A stretch of 64,000 nt of DNA, from the IMG/VR virus record IMGVR_UViG_3300028833_000058. One strand, 5' to 3'. How positions within the stretch are numbered: the stretch's first letter is position 1; every line of letters begins with the position of its first letter. Below the pieces are notes generated by a model. That model searched no databases. It was not told where the DNA came from and saw only the letters and a list, made by a program, of their open reading frames with translations. The stretch comes from a virus (taxonomy: Duplodnaviria; Caudoviricetes). A program made the translations under genes and the position numbers. Of the stretch, positions 31,047 through 41,004 are shown piece after piece.

Positions 31047-31793
31047 TTATCTAACAACTTTTTTATTTAAATTTTTTGTCTTTTCTAATTCATTGGTAGC
31101 GTTGTTGTAGATTTCATCAGGGTTTACACCTTCTATATCTTTTCTATTCGCATAATATATTTTTGACGTGTTATAATCTTTCACTAAAGCGGTTTCTTGC
31201 TTGAATTCTTTACAAACCTCAGTGGCAAACAACAATAAAAATTCAGATGACATTCCAGAAAATTCAAGAGTAATAGAAGATTCGTCAAATATCTCCCCAT
31301 TCTCACCCTGGTATCTACCTTTAAAACCATGACCAAACGTATAACCACCTAAATATTCTTTGTCTCCATATTCGGTGTTCCATTTTTTATATATGTTGGC
31401 TAACTTTTTGTTTTTCATTAAATTGTTTATTGTGGTGTAATATATTGACTTTAATTTTTTAACTAACCAATTCTTATCGTTCAAAACAGAATTAACATTA
31501 GTTGAGAACACAATCATACCACCAGCGTAATCATTTAGACCCCATTGAAATTCAGAATCTTGTACACCTTCAACCAAAAAGAATTCACATTTTTTACCAT
31601 GCTCAAACGCATTACGATTGAGTACAATGTCATGTATCTCGTAACCTTTTGTCAAATAACTACCAGATGGTTCTATGTCACCATTTCTTGAAAAATGCTC
31701 AACTATACCTAATTTGTAATCACTAGATTCTTCAATTAGTTTTAACGTAGTATAATTAAATAAAGTATCTTTGACAATATCTCTAAATTTCAT
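31047..31793 (-). CDS. leader-tagged protein with SAM-lyase/DUF3574-like C-terminal domain
   Basis: leader MKFRDIVKDTL...LIEE; GRY...GEIFDESSITLE...ATEVCKEFKQETALV resembles the G(Y/W)..E.S....A.....F.QE.VL pattern of phage SAM lyases. Confidence 0.5.
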   Translation of the reverse strand: MKFRDIVKDTLFNYTTLKLIEESSDYKLGIVEHFSRNGDIEPSGSYLTKGYEIHDIVLNRNAFEHGKKCEFFLVEGVQDSEFQWGLNDYAGGMIVFSTNVNSVLNDKNWLVKKLKSIYYTTINNLMKNKKLANIYKKWNTEYGDKEYLGGYTFGHGFKGRYQGENGEIFDESSITLEFSGMSSEFLLLFATEVCKEFKQETALVKDYNTSKIYYANRKDIEGVNPDEIYNNATNELEKTKNLNKKVVR

Positions 31794-31864
31794 ATCAAAA
31801 TCCTTTCTTTATATCTATGTGAATATTATACACCATATTTTCTTGAAAGTCAAGTGAAAATCAT

Positions 31865-32179
31865 TTATTCTTTAGAACTTAAATAAATTTCTTGTTTATA
31901 GTGTCTATGGTTTTTCATATATTCTCTCTGTTTTTCTTTGGTATAATATTTCATTGAACCACCTCTTTCTTGTCTGCATTGTAAATTTCTATCGTGCTTA
32001 TCTGGGTCCCATATAAACTGAATCGTTCTTCTACTCACATTAAATTTCCTCGCACATTCACGTTGAGACATTGTACCTTTTAATGCAGCTATTTCATCCT
32101 TCTGTTTATCAGTTAACTTTCTTCTTCTGTCTTTAGAAGTACCAGCTAACTTTACAAGTTTTTCAGATTTATATGGCAT
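31865..32179 (-). CDS. HTH DNA-binding protein
   Basis: KLTDKQKDEI...SQRECARKFNVSRRTIQFI. Confidence 0.75.
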   Translation of the reverse strand: MPYKSEKLVKLAGTSKDRRRKLTDKQKDEIAALKGTMSQRECARKFNVSRRTIQFIWDPDKHDRNLQCRQERGGSMKYYTKEKQREYMKNHRHYKQEIYLSSKE

Positions 32180-32498
32180 TGTTTTCCTCCAAGTCTGCTT
32201 TTAACTTAATTAACTCTTGATATAATTCACTCAGGGTTAAATTTTTATCATTAGTCATATTAATTCTACCTAAATGTTTATACCAAGTGATTAATAAACC
32301 AGTTTCCGTATCTAAAATATAAAAGTCATCATAATGCCTTGTTAAGATAAACTTATAACTCTGGTAACCCTCATATCTTGTCATCAAATCAAAAATTTTA
32401 TCATATTGATTATTTGTGAATACTTCATTGAATACGTTACAAAAATCTTGTCTTTCAAAATGGTATTGTTTCATGGTATCAAACATTTTTACATCTCC

Positions 32499-33806
32499 TT
32501 AAAATCCATTCTTTTCTCTATCAACGATGTATGGATAAACTGTATTTTTCATTTTCAGCGGTGGTACAAACTCTGGATGGTCTACAATCAACCAAACTAC
32601 AGGATAAGGACACGTTGTTTCTTCATCACCATTCACTGGGTCATAACCATCTGTAAAACAAACAAATACATCTGGCCTATCTTTTTTGTAATATTCGTTC
32701 ATGAATTCGAAATTTTTTCTCATGTCATTACCACCGTCAGACATGATTTTAAAATCTTTAATTTTATTCTTATTTGTTTTCGTACATCTGACAAGACTTT
32801 CTTTATACACTTCAGAACCGCAACACCAAACGTCAATTGTAAAATTATTAAAAGCAGATAGAATTGTGTACACATGGTCAAGCATAGACTGTAACTCTGC
32901 ATTACTAATTGAACCAGAAGTGTCAACAGCTAAAGCTATATGAATACACGGTGATACATTGCAAGAAGGGAGTATTAAACCATTAGCTATACCTGCACGA
33001 GATGGTCTATTCCAAGTGTAATTTTCTTTAATCCAACTTCTTATATATTTTGTCAATGCACTCTTCCAATTGAACGGCAAAGGTTTCATAACATGCTTTA
33101 TAAACCTGTCAATAGATGAATTAGAAACAGAGTTATTCTTACTACCGAAGACTTCTGATATCACTTGTGCTAAATCACTTTTTATCAAATCATCATCAAT
33201 TGAAATATGTTTATCTAAATGAAAACCAAAAGGAGTTGATTCTACTTGTAAAATTATTTTATCAGCGTTTTTTTCAAGTTCGTGATATATCTCTTCTGCT
33301 GTCATTTCTTTATATTTTTCTTCATATAAGGCAGAAGGTAAGATTCTTCCGATAGGTTTATTGGTATAATCTTCTCTATTGTTCACAAGTAAAGAGTTTA
33401 TGGCATAGTCTGTAGCAATATTCCATAGTTTCAACCTTGATTCATTTTCTAAATCGTTGATTCGATATTCATTATGTAAACCTAAATTTTCTGCTCTATC
33501 CATTGTAGCTGTTAACAAGTGCATTAACTCATGACAAAAGATAAATATCATTTCTTCTTTACCAATTGAACAGTTTTTACTTTCACCTGTTAGACTATTA
33601 ACTCTTGTTGGCTTATCATTTAATTCTGCTATAAGTCTATCGTTGATATAGATTGTTTTACCATTAGTACAAGCTATACAATCCCCAAGGTCTTTATAAT
33701 TGTAACCTATTCTAATAAGAAACTGAGCGTATGTAGAGAAGTTTAAAACAAGCTTCAATATCGCATCATCTACTATGTCATGTACTTTTTCGATATCTAA
33801 TGACAT
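32499..33806 (-). CDS. DUF2201-type metallopeptidase-like/VWA protein (pair 1)
   Basis: ACTNG, CHELMH (HExxH), NIATDYAIN, MIDAS VDTSGSI, GGND, FTDG. Confidence 0.88.
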   Translation of the reverse strand: MSLDIEKVHDIVDDAILKLVLNFSTYAQFLIRIGYNYKDLGDCIACTNGKTIYINDRLIAELNDKPTRVNSLTGESKNCSIGKEEMIFIFCHELMHLLTATMDRAENLGLHNEYRINDLENESRLKLWNIATDYAINSLLVNNREDYTNKPIGRILPSALYEEKYKEMTAEEIYHELEKNADKIILQVESTPFGFHLDKHISIDDDLIKSDLAQVISEVFGSKNNSVSNSSIDRFIKHVMKPLPFNWKSALTKYIRSWIKENYTWNRPSRAGIANGLILPSCNVSPCIHIALAVDTSGSISNAELQSMLDHVYTILSAFNNFTIDVWCCGSEVYKESLVRCTKTNKNKIKDFKIMSDGGNDMRKNFEFMNEYYKKDRPDVFVCFTDGYDPVNGDEETTCPYPVVWLIVDHPEFVPPLKMKNTVYPYIVDREKNGF

Positions 33807-33821
33807 AACATTGTCCTTTCT

Positions 33822-35003
33822 TTAATCCTCGATAGCTTTAGTTAATAACAATACAAGTTCTGGTGCATCTGTCCTTGGGTTAAACAAGTCTAAATTACCT
33901 GAGCAACGTTCAGACCTTGACAACTGAATAAGACAAGAAGCTTTTAATTCTTTAGCTGTCAAATTGTTTAAAGCCTTTACATAATTTAAGATATAGCGTC
34001 TGCAGACTCCATCATCTTTTTCACTGATTATGGCGTGTAAACAAGACATTTGTACTGCCCAAAACTGGTCTTGTGATTCGTTTCTAAAAGGTTTACCATC
34101 AACAAGAATTTCATGCCAATCTTGATATTTTTCTTTGTTCTTGATATATTCAAAAAACTTGGAGCTTAAAGCAGAACCTAATCGACCAGTACAATAAGCT
34201 TGCTTTTCTTGCATTGTGAATTTATCATTAGGTAAATTTAATACTTTACCAACAACTTCCCAAGACCTTGGAGTAACAAATACATCTGTAAACAATGTAT
34301 CTTTTAAACTACCAACCTTATTTTCCATGTTAATTTTATCAAATAATAAGGCAGTGTCTTGAGTTTTTAGAAATGACATAACGTCTAAATTACCGTCATT
34401 GTTCATTTCATAATTTAACCAAGAGTTAAAGTCTACCTTAATATTAAAATGACTAAATCTATTTGCCAAAGGTATACTAAAATCAGATACAGTTGCATTG
34501 AAAGCAGGTGGATTAGAAGATGCTATGATTAAATAATTATCTGGTACTTTATAATCACCTAATCTTCTATCTTGGATAAGTTGAAAGGCAGCGTTCAATA
34601 TGGCTGGCTGTCCTTGGTTCATCTCATCAAGGTGAATTACACCACCAGAAAATCTACCATCTTCTGGCCAAACAGAAGGAATACACCAAACTGTTCTCAT
34701 TTGCCCATCCATTCGAGTAGGAAGAGGGACTCCGACTAAATCTACTGGTTCCTTCATAGATAAACGTATATCACAAATGTCTGGATTCCAATTTTTATCT
34801 GATTTACAACGTTGGTTATTCCATTGTATTACAGCTTGACTCTTACCAAACCCAGGTCCGCTCCACTGCATAATCGAATCGTGTATTTCATAAGCAATAT
34901 CATACATACGCTTGATACCAACATTAATAATTTTACCCGAATCGTTAACAACTGGGTCAATGGTAAATTCTGGCATTAAAAATTTTGAAGTTATATCAGA
35001 CAT
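33822..35003 (-). CDS. MoxR-like AAA+ ATPase (pair 1)
   Basis: GPGFGKS, DIRLS, DLVGVP, LDEMNQ, LANRF, TPRSW. Confidence 0.9.
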   Translation of the reverse strand: MSDITSKFLMPEFTIDPVVNDSGKIINVGIKRMYDIAYEIHDSIMQWSGPGFGKSQAVIQWNNQRCKSDKNWNPDICDIRLSMKEPVDLVGVPLPTRMDGQMRTVWCIPSVWPEDGRFSGGVIHLDEMNQGQPAILNAAFQLIQDRRLGDYKVPDNYLIIASSNPPAFNATVSDFSIPLANRFSHFNIKVDFNSWLNYEMNNDGNLDVMSFLKTQDTALLFDKINMENKVGSLKDTLFTDVFVTPRSWEVVGKVLNLPNDKFTMQEKQAYCTGRLGSALSSKFFEYIKNKEKYQDWHEILVDGKPFRNESQDQFWAVQMSCLHAIISEKDDGVCRRYILNYVKALNNLTAKELKASCLIQLSRSERCSGNLDLFNPRTDAPELVLLLTKAIED

Positions 35004-35128
35004 TTAGTTTTCCTTTCTTTCATCTATCAGCGTTCTATTGTTGGCAAAACCACAATATACAATTTACTTCATAGGCTTGTTAATATGTGAGTATTATACT
35101 CCCATATTATAGAAAAGTCAAGTAAAAA

Positions 35129-35491
35129 TTAAATAGCTTGGTTGATTTTTAATAAAGTATATGTTTCCAAAGGGTTAACTCTTTGTTCTGGATTATCAAA
35201 TTCCATTTTAACTCTATAGGTATACAATCTTTGGTTAATTAAGTTAAACCCATATTGTTTATTCAAATGTTCTTTTATGATGTCAAACACTTCTTGTTTT
35301 TCGTTTTGTTTTATTCTAACCCATAATAAAAAATTCAGTCTTGCACCTTGTGTATTCACTATCACTTGAAAAGAGATGTCATGATACCCATTTATAAAGC
35401 CATATGCGTTAAAAACTTTTGTTATTTGTTTTAACACATCTTCACGTAATCCATGACTTATTTCACTAAGTAACTTTTCATTTAAATCCAT
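35129..35491 (-). CDS. hypothetical protein with C-terminal YxLLKI motif
   Basis: own early-type promoter near 35536; ends PLETYTLLKINQAI. Confidence 0.6.
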   Translation of the reverse strand: MDLNEKLLSEISHGLREDVLKQITKVFNAYGFINGYHDISFQVIVNTQGARLNFLLWVRIKQNEKQEVFDIIKEHLNKQYGFNLINQRLYTYRVKMEFDNPEQRVNPLETYTLLKINQAI

Positions 35492-35603
35492 GTTACATCC
35501 CTTTCTTCAAAATGTTTATAACAAGTTATCATAAATGTAAAGTTAAATATAAAAAAATAAGTGCCATTATTGACACTTATTACAGGTTCGCAACCATGAA
35601 CTT

Positions 35604-35906
35604 TTAGAATTTAAATAACTTTGTAATCTTTTCCCAAGTCGTTTTCTTTGGTTGTGGTAGCATCTTCTTTTCATAACATTCTACTTCTAATTCAGTAGGA
35701 AGATGGTCTTTACCAAAGATTTTGTAAAGCTCTGGATATTTTCTTCTGTCAAATATACGACCAGGATAATACTTTATATAACCTTCTGGAACAGCCCCAA
35801 ATACTTCTTTTGTGGTTCCGATTATTTCGGTATCTTCTACTGGGATACCATTTTTAAATACATCATCTCTTTTTCGAGCTTTAATAACTCTTACTAAATA
35901 AGACAT
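35604..35906 (-). CDS. stand-alone phage tail-collar-like domain protein
   Basis: IGTT...GAVPEGYI...GRIFDRRKYPELYKIFG...LP; terminator at 35551-35581; late-like motif at 35944-35959. Confidence 0.65.
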   Translation of the reverse strand: MSYLVRVIKARKRDDVFKNGIPVEDTEIIGTTKEVFGAVPEGYIKYYPGRIFDRRKYPELYKIFGKDHLPTELEVECYEKKMLPQPKKTTWEKITKLFKF

Positions 35907-36001
35907 GGCTAAACTCTTTTGTTCATTAGTAACTGATATATCGCTTACTATAAGAACTTTTATTTTTTAGAGTTTAGCACACGTCTTTGCCTTAAATTAG
36001 A

Positions 36002-36418
36002 CTATTCGAAGTCAGCAAAATTGATTGTGGCTCTACGATTCTTAGCCCATGCTTCTTCGTTATGACCATCGTCTACTGGGTTATCTTTACCATAAGATAC
36101 TGTTTCGATTCTATTGCCATCTACACCTAGTGTTTGTAAATAGTCTGATACAGCATTAGCTCTACGTTCACCAAGACCTAAGTTGTATTCACGAGTTCCA
36201 CGTTCATCACAATAACCAGATACAACAACTAAGTTGTCATCATCTTTAATATCCTTAGCTTGTGCTTCAATTGTTGCAACGGCTTCTGGTTTCAATACTG
36301 AACTATCGAAATCAAAATAAACTGTATCTTCAACCTTTGCACTATCACAATTAGGATTAAAAATTGCACAACCAGACAAAGAAGTCATGATTGCAAATAA
36401 AGTTAAAAGTTTTTTCAT
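36002..36418 (-). CDS. pal: peptidoglycan-associated lipoprotein (OmpA-like domain)
   Basis: lipobox LSG-C; VYFDFDSS, GYCDERGTREYNLGLGERRANAV, VSYGKDNP, AWAKNRRA. Confidence 0.93.
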   Translation of the reverse strand: MKKLLTLFAIMTSLSGCAIFNPNCDSAKVEDTVYFDFDSSVLKPEAVATIEAQAKDIKDDDNLVVVSGYCDERGTREYNLGLGERRANAVSDYLQTLGVDGNRIETVSYGKDNPVDDGHNEEAWAKNRRATINFADFE

Positions 36419-36504
36419 ATTAAAATCTCCATGAATATTTTATTAACAAAAACAAGATAAACTTACAACAATAAAATGTTAAAGTCAATTTTAATGTTTT
36501 CCAC

Positions 36505-36520
36505 TAGTTCTATATAAATA
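36505..36520 (+). promoter_or_regulatory. type copy of putative late promoter TAGTTCTATATAAATA
   Basis: contains T4 late consensus TATAAATA; related copies at 40760 and 40773 (+), 43562 and 43606 (+), 37594 (+), 29018-31 (-), 30987-31001 (-), 35944-59 (-), 951-964 (-). Confidence 0.7.
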
Positions 36521-36545
36521 TAATGTCAAAAAAAAGGTGTAAGTT

Positions 36546-37094
36546 ATGTCTAAGTTTCGGAATTTAATAGAAAATATACTAAAAGAAAAATTGAATTTCT
36601 TAAAAGAAAATAATAATCAAGTGTATCGTACTTATGCAGATGGTCAATATTTTAACGATATAACAGGTAATCTTATGAATAAGCCACGTAGTGGTTTATG
36701 GGGTTGTGTAGACGACAGTTGGAAAGAATGGTGTGACGATAATGACTTTCATTGCGCAAAAGGTTATTACGAGTGGATTCTTAAACCAGGTACAAAAGTT
36801 TTCAAGATAAACAATGTAGATGATTTCATATATCTGTTAAAAAATTATCCAACAAATGATTACGATGGCAAATGTTTTATAGATTTCATGAAAGTGGCTA
36901 AAGATTATGATGCTGTAGAGTTAACACAAGAAGGTAATTCTCAGTTACATTTTAGTATTGAAACAGATGATTCAGAATTACAAGACCCTAAATACATGAT
37001 ATCCTTAACGATGTCATTAAACGCTTGGGATGTACCTAGTATATGTGTATTTAACCCAAGCAAAACTGTCGAAGTCATCAATACTAATTTCTAA
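36546..37094 (+). CDS. leader-tagged protein, possible ADP-ribosyltransferase fold
   Basis: leader MSKFRNLIENILKE; VYR...KPRSGLWGC...WKEWC...IDFMKVAKDYDAV...WDVPSICVFNP. Confidence 0.45.
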   Translation: MSKFRNLIENILKEKLNFLKENNNQVYRTYADGQYFNDITGNLMNKPRSGLWGCVDDSWKEWCDDNDFHCAKGYYEWILKPGTKVFKINNVDDFIYLLKNYPTNDYDGKCFIDFMKVAKDYDAVELTQEGNSQLHFSIETDDSELQDPKYMISLTMSLNAWDVPSICVFNPSKTVEVINTNF

Positions 37095-37125
37095 TTTGAT
37101 AGACATTTAGTTTCTTTGTTTAAAA

Positions 37126-37575
37126 TTAGTAATTGTTATTTATTGTAAATATTTTTTCTCTTTCAAATACAGTATGATTTCCGTCTCCTGCTATATCTCG
37201 ATAAACCCATCCTTCGCTGTCATACGTAAATTTCCAACCCTCTTTTTCTAATTGCTCAATAATTGTACTACTTCTGGCTATATCTTCAACAGTGTCCTTT
37301 ATAAAGGAATTCCAGTTATCAGCAAATTCTGTAGCTTCTTTCTCGCTGTCAAAATAAAAAGTTTCACCAAGTCCATTGACAGCAACCCATTCACCTTTTT
37401 TGTCCGAAAAAAACACGTTTGGTCTTTTCTCTATCATGTATAACCATTCCTTGTGAGGTATATTATTTTCGGGAGCAATCAATCCTGGCTGCTCTGTATA
37501 AACATCCCATTCGTCTAAATCTGGATATCTTTTGCGACATTCTTCTATATGTTTTAATAAATCTTTAACTTTCAT
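37126..37575 (-). CDS. hypothetical early protein
   Basis: AAGGA RBS, early promoter at 37631. Confidence 0.65.
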   Translation of the reverse strand: MKVKDLLKHIEECRKRYPDLDEWDVYTEQPGLIAPENNIPHKEWLYMIEKRPNVFFSDKKGEWVAVNGLGETFYFDSEKEATEFADNWNSFIKDTVEDIARSSTIIEQLEKEGWKFTYDSEGWVYRDIAGDGNHTVFEREKIFTINNNY

Positions 37576-37660
37576 AGATTTCCTTTCAATATTTAGTTCT
37601 ATGTTTATATAGTATCACACGAATTAAAAAAGTAAAGTAAATTTTCGAAAAGGTGCACAG

Positions 37661-38017
37661 ATGAGTCAATTCAGAACAATTGTAGAAAGCATAATCGATG
37701 AAGCAAATTCAAAAGCCAGTATCAAAAACAAAATCTATAAAGCAGTTACTCCATTTACAAATCATATTTACAGAGATGCTTACTGGCAAGGTTATCGTGA
37801 TGTATTGAAAGCCATAGAAGACCTTGGTTTTGATGTTATATCAGGACCATCTAACGACCAATATCACAGAAGTGGTTATACTTCAGATGATAAATCAAAA
37901 CAATGGGATTTAGATATACAAAAAGATGGTATAACAATTTTAAATGGACACATTAACACATATATCGCTAGTGATAGCAATGGCGAGTATTACGATTTAA
38001 CAGTTACACTTTGGTAA
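37661..38017 (+). CDS. leader-tagged small protein, putative internal head protein
   Basis: leader MSQFRTIVESIIDE-A; late-type motif at 37594. Confidence 0.55.
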   Translation: MSQFRTIVESIIDEANSKASIKNKIYKAVTPFTNHIYRDAYWQGYRDVLKAIEDLGFDVISGPSNDQYHRSGYTSDDKSKQWDLDIQKDGITILNGHINTYIASDSNGEYYDLTVTLW

Positions 38018-38050
38018 AAACATAAGTGAATCCATAACGAAGTAGCCTAA

Positions 38051-38608
38051 CTATAACTCTTCTCTTGCAAACAGTTCATCTATCGATGGTTCATCGTCAG
38101 TATCGTGTATAATGTCACATATTGTTTCCCAATCGATGCCGTACTTTTTAGATAGGTTCTTTATGACCTCTGCTGTATCTGTTATAAACTCGGATTGAAT
38201 TTGTCTTATCAATTTCTTATAATCGGTATCGATTGTATCTTCTACAAAATTATCGTCAACGTTACCGTTCTTTTTTCTATTAGCCTTGATAGGTTTATAC
38301 TTACACCACTGTAAATTTTCTACTCTGTTGTCACTCTTATCGCCATTTATGTGATTGACCCATGTGTAGTTATGTGGATTAGGAACAAAAGCTTGTGCTA
38401 CTAACACATCTACAAATCTTTTATCTCTTACTCCATGCATCCTGAATTCAACACTACCACGTGCACTTGTAAAATGATATTCAGTAAAGATTTTACCTGT
38501 ACTAGATTTTCTGACTCTACCTTTGTTACTTATCTCATATAAACCATTGTAATCATTGATAGTTTTCCAAATTTCGTCTTCAAAATGTTGTTCAATATTC
38601 ATTATCAA
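38051..38608 (-). CDS. NUMOD4-HNH homing-endonuclease-like protein
   Basis: EIWKTI...YEISNKGRVR; LVAQAFVPNP...VNHINGDKSDNRVENLQW. Confidence 0.88.
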   Translation of the reverse strand: MIMNIEQHFEDEIWKTINDYNGLYEISNKGRVRKSSTGKIFTEYHFTSARGSVEFRMHGVRDKRFVDVLVAQAFVPNPHNYTWVNHINGDKSDNRVENLQWCKYKPIKANRKKNGNVDDNFVEDTIDTDYKKLIRQIQSEFITDTAEVIKNLSKKYGIDWETICDIIHDTDDEPSIDELFAREEL

Positions 38609-38694
38609 CCCTCCGATAACAATTTATTATTTACGGATATCGTATTGTATAGAAAAAACTAAGTAAAGTTAAAAGTTACAAATTTGAACATTTA

Positions 38695-40633
38695 TCAACA
38701 ACTAGAATCTGACCGTTCTTTATCTAATATCTTATTTAAACAGTCTACTTGAGCTTTCGATAGCCAGCCTTTTTCATTAAGACATTTTCTACAACTTTCA
38801 GTAAAGTAATTACAGCCATATTTTTCTACTTCTTCTAAAAGTTTAGTACATTTTTCTTTATAGTTACCGTCTGGATGAGGTAACCAACGAATGAACTTAC
38901 CATTTTCGTCAACTTCTTTTGCATAATGCGGTCCAGATTCCATTTTAATTATCGGCATGCTCTTTTTCTCTTTCAATTTCCTCTATACTCTAGGTTTATA
39001 ATGTTCATCATATCTTTCATGTGTGTCAATTTGTATATCAAAAACATCGCCACAAATCTTTTTAATCTCTTCTTTACGTTCTTCTGGTATACTAAACGTA
39101 TCACATGTATCTTCAAGTTTATCAAGGTCTTTGTCTTTAAGATTATGTTTGTAATTGATTAAGAATAAACTTTGTATTCCTCTGCATGTATAATTACTAA
39201 TGTTATCAAAAGTAGCGTGTTCTCTACCAAACGCTCCAGTTCCTAAATCCATCTCTTCGGCCAATCTCATTACTTTATGATAACGAATCCAACAAACGTA
39301 TTTGAACTCTTTATCTCCCTTTTCGACTGCTTTTTCGTAATCCATATATACGAAATCAATAAGAGCACCAATAGCCATTGAACAAACTACTGTATTTTTA
39401 CACAAGTCGTTTAGCAAATGCATTATCTTGTAATCTTTATCACTAGAATATTCTGATATCACGTTGTAATCTGATACATCATCGTTAAGTTCTTTTGAAC
39501 CCCATTTTAACATACAGTTCCTAGCACCTTTAATCAAATTAGTTATTGGTTGTTCTAATCTTAATATATCACCCATCACAAATTCCTTTCAACTAACATG
39601 AAAAACGACTATGTTATTTTTCTTTTTTTTCAATTTTACATTCTTTACATTTCAACGTGATAGATATACTGTCACCTTGCCATCTAAATGCACTGTTTCC
39701 AATTATTTTAACGTATTCAAAGTCTTCAGTGAATAATATCTTAACAGTTCCAGTAAATTCACCTGTACAACGTCTTCCATCAGTATAAAAATCTATAATA
39801 CGGCTTAAATCTTCCCAATTGTCATGATATTTTTCATATAACATCCAACAATCACAAAAACTAGACTTTTCGATTTTACCACCTTTTTTAATAATTCCCC
39901 ATCTACGTTGTATTTCATTACAAAGATAATAAGCAGGTTCTTCGTCTTTTTTGTCAACATAATGTAACGTACCTGACACTAACCTAATTGCTTTTACAAT
40001 CTTAGGTTCACCATCAATATTAATCGACACATTCTTTTCTGATTCGATTTTGTCTGCGTTGATAGAAATAGAACCATCTTCAATCCACTTACCATCAACA
40101 TTTGAATATTCTTTATATTTGTCCATAGAATTACACCCTTTCACTTGTTAATTTAGTGACCATGTGTCTATTATACAGTAAAATATAAAAAAGTAAAGTG
40201 AAAAATTGTTAGTTGTGTTCTTTTTCCCACTTATAAATATACATACCTTTTAGTACGTAAAGCAACTGTCTCAATGTATAGACAAATAGACAAAAAATAA
40301 AAAAGATAAATTCACGCTCTATCTTTTCCTTTAATCCTCCATGTTATCAAAATCAAATTCATTCTCACTATCTAATACATAAAACTCTCTACCATTACTC
40401 ATATAGACTTTAATTATCCATTCGTGTATAAATTTTCCACCATCTTCAATTGTTCCATAAAAAGGTATAAGCGCACTAATATCACTCTTTCGTATATGTA
40501 CTTCATTAAGTTTATGATATCCATCTTCACATAAACACGTATCGGCAATGAAATATACTTCACCATTATTTTCACTTGGATTACATTGAGGAATATAGTT
40601 ATAACCCCAAACAAATTCTTCATGATTTAACAT
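38695..40633 (-). CDS. four hypothetical genes (38695..38976, 38983..39579, 39614..40144, 40331..40633)
   Basis: RBS-preceded minus-strand ORFs. Confidence 0.6.
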
Positions 40634-41004
40634 ATCAACTTACTCCTATTGCTAAAGATTAACTCTAGTCATCTTCATAACAGAAATAACTCTAATAGTA
40701 AAATCTAAAAAACTTATCCACATTTAATTCAAAAACATAAAGAAAATTTCATAACTAAATAGTTCTACAAAATAGTTCTACATAAATACATAACAATGAA
40801 CATTATGACTATTCTGGAGTTCTTTGGCTAATCTGTGACAGATATTCACGAAACAGCCGTTATATATAAGAGAAACATAAACATTATATATAAAAAACCA
40901 AAAAAGAGCGGATACATAGGGACTTTATGAGAAATAGACAGCTTGTTTAGAACCTATTGCTCAAAATAAACGTTAAAATATATAATATAAAGGAAAATAA
41001 ACTA

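Noticed and set aside
40826-40860. Hammerhead-like CTGTGA...CGAAAC in the capsid leader
   Set aside because: Core is not CUGANGA and the required stem/cleavage triplet geometry is absent
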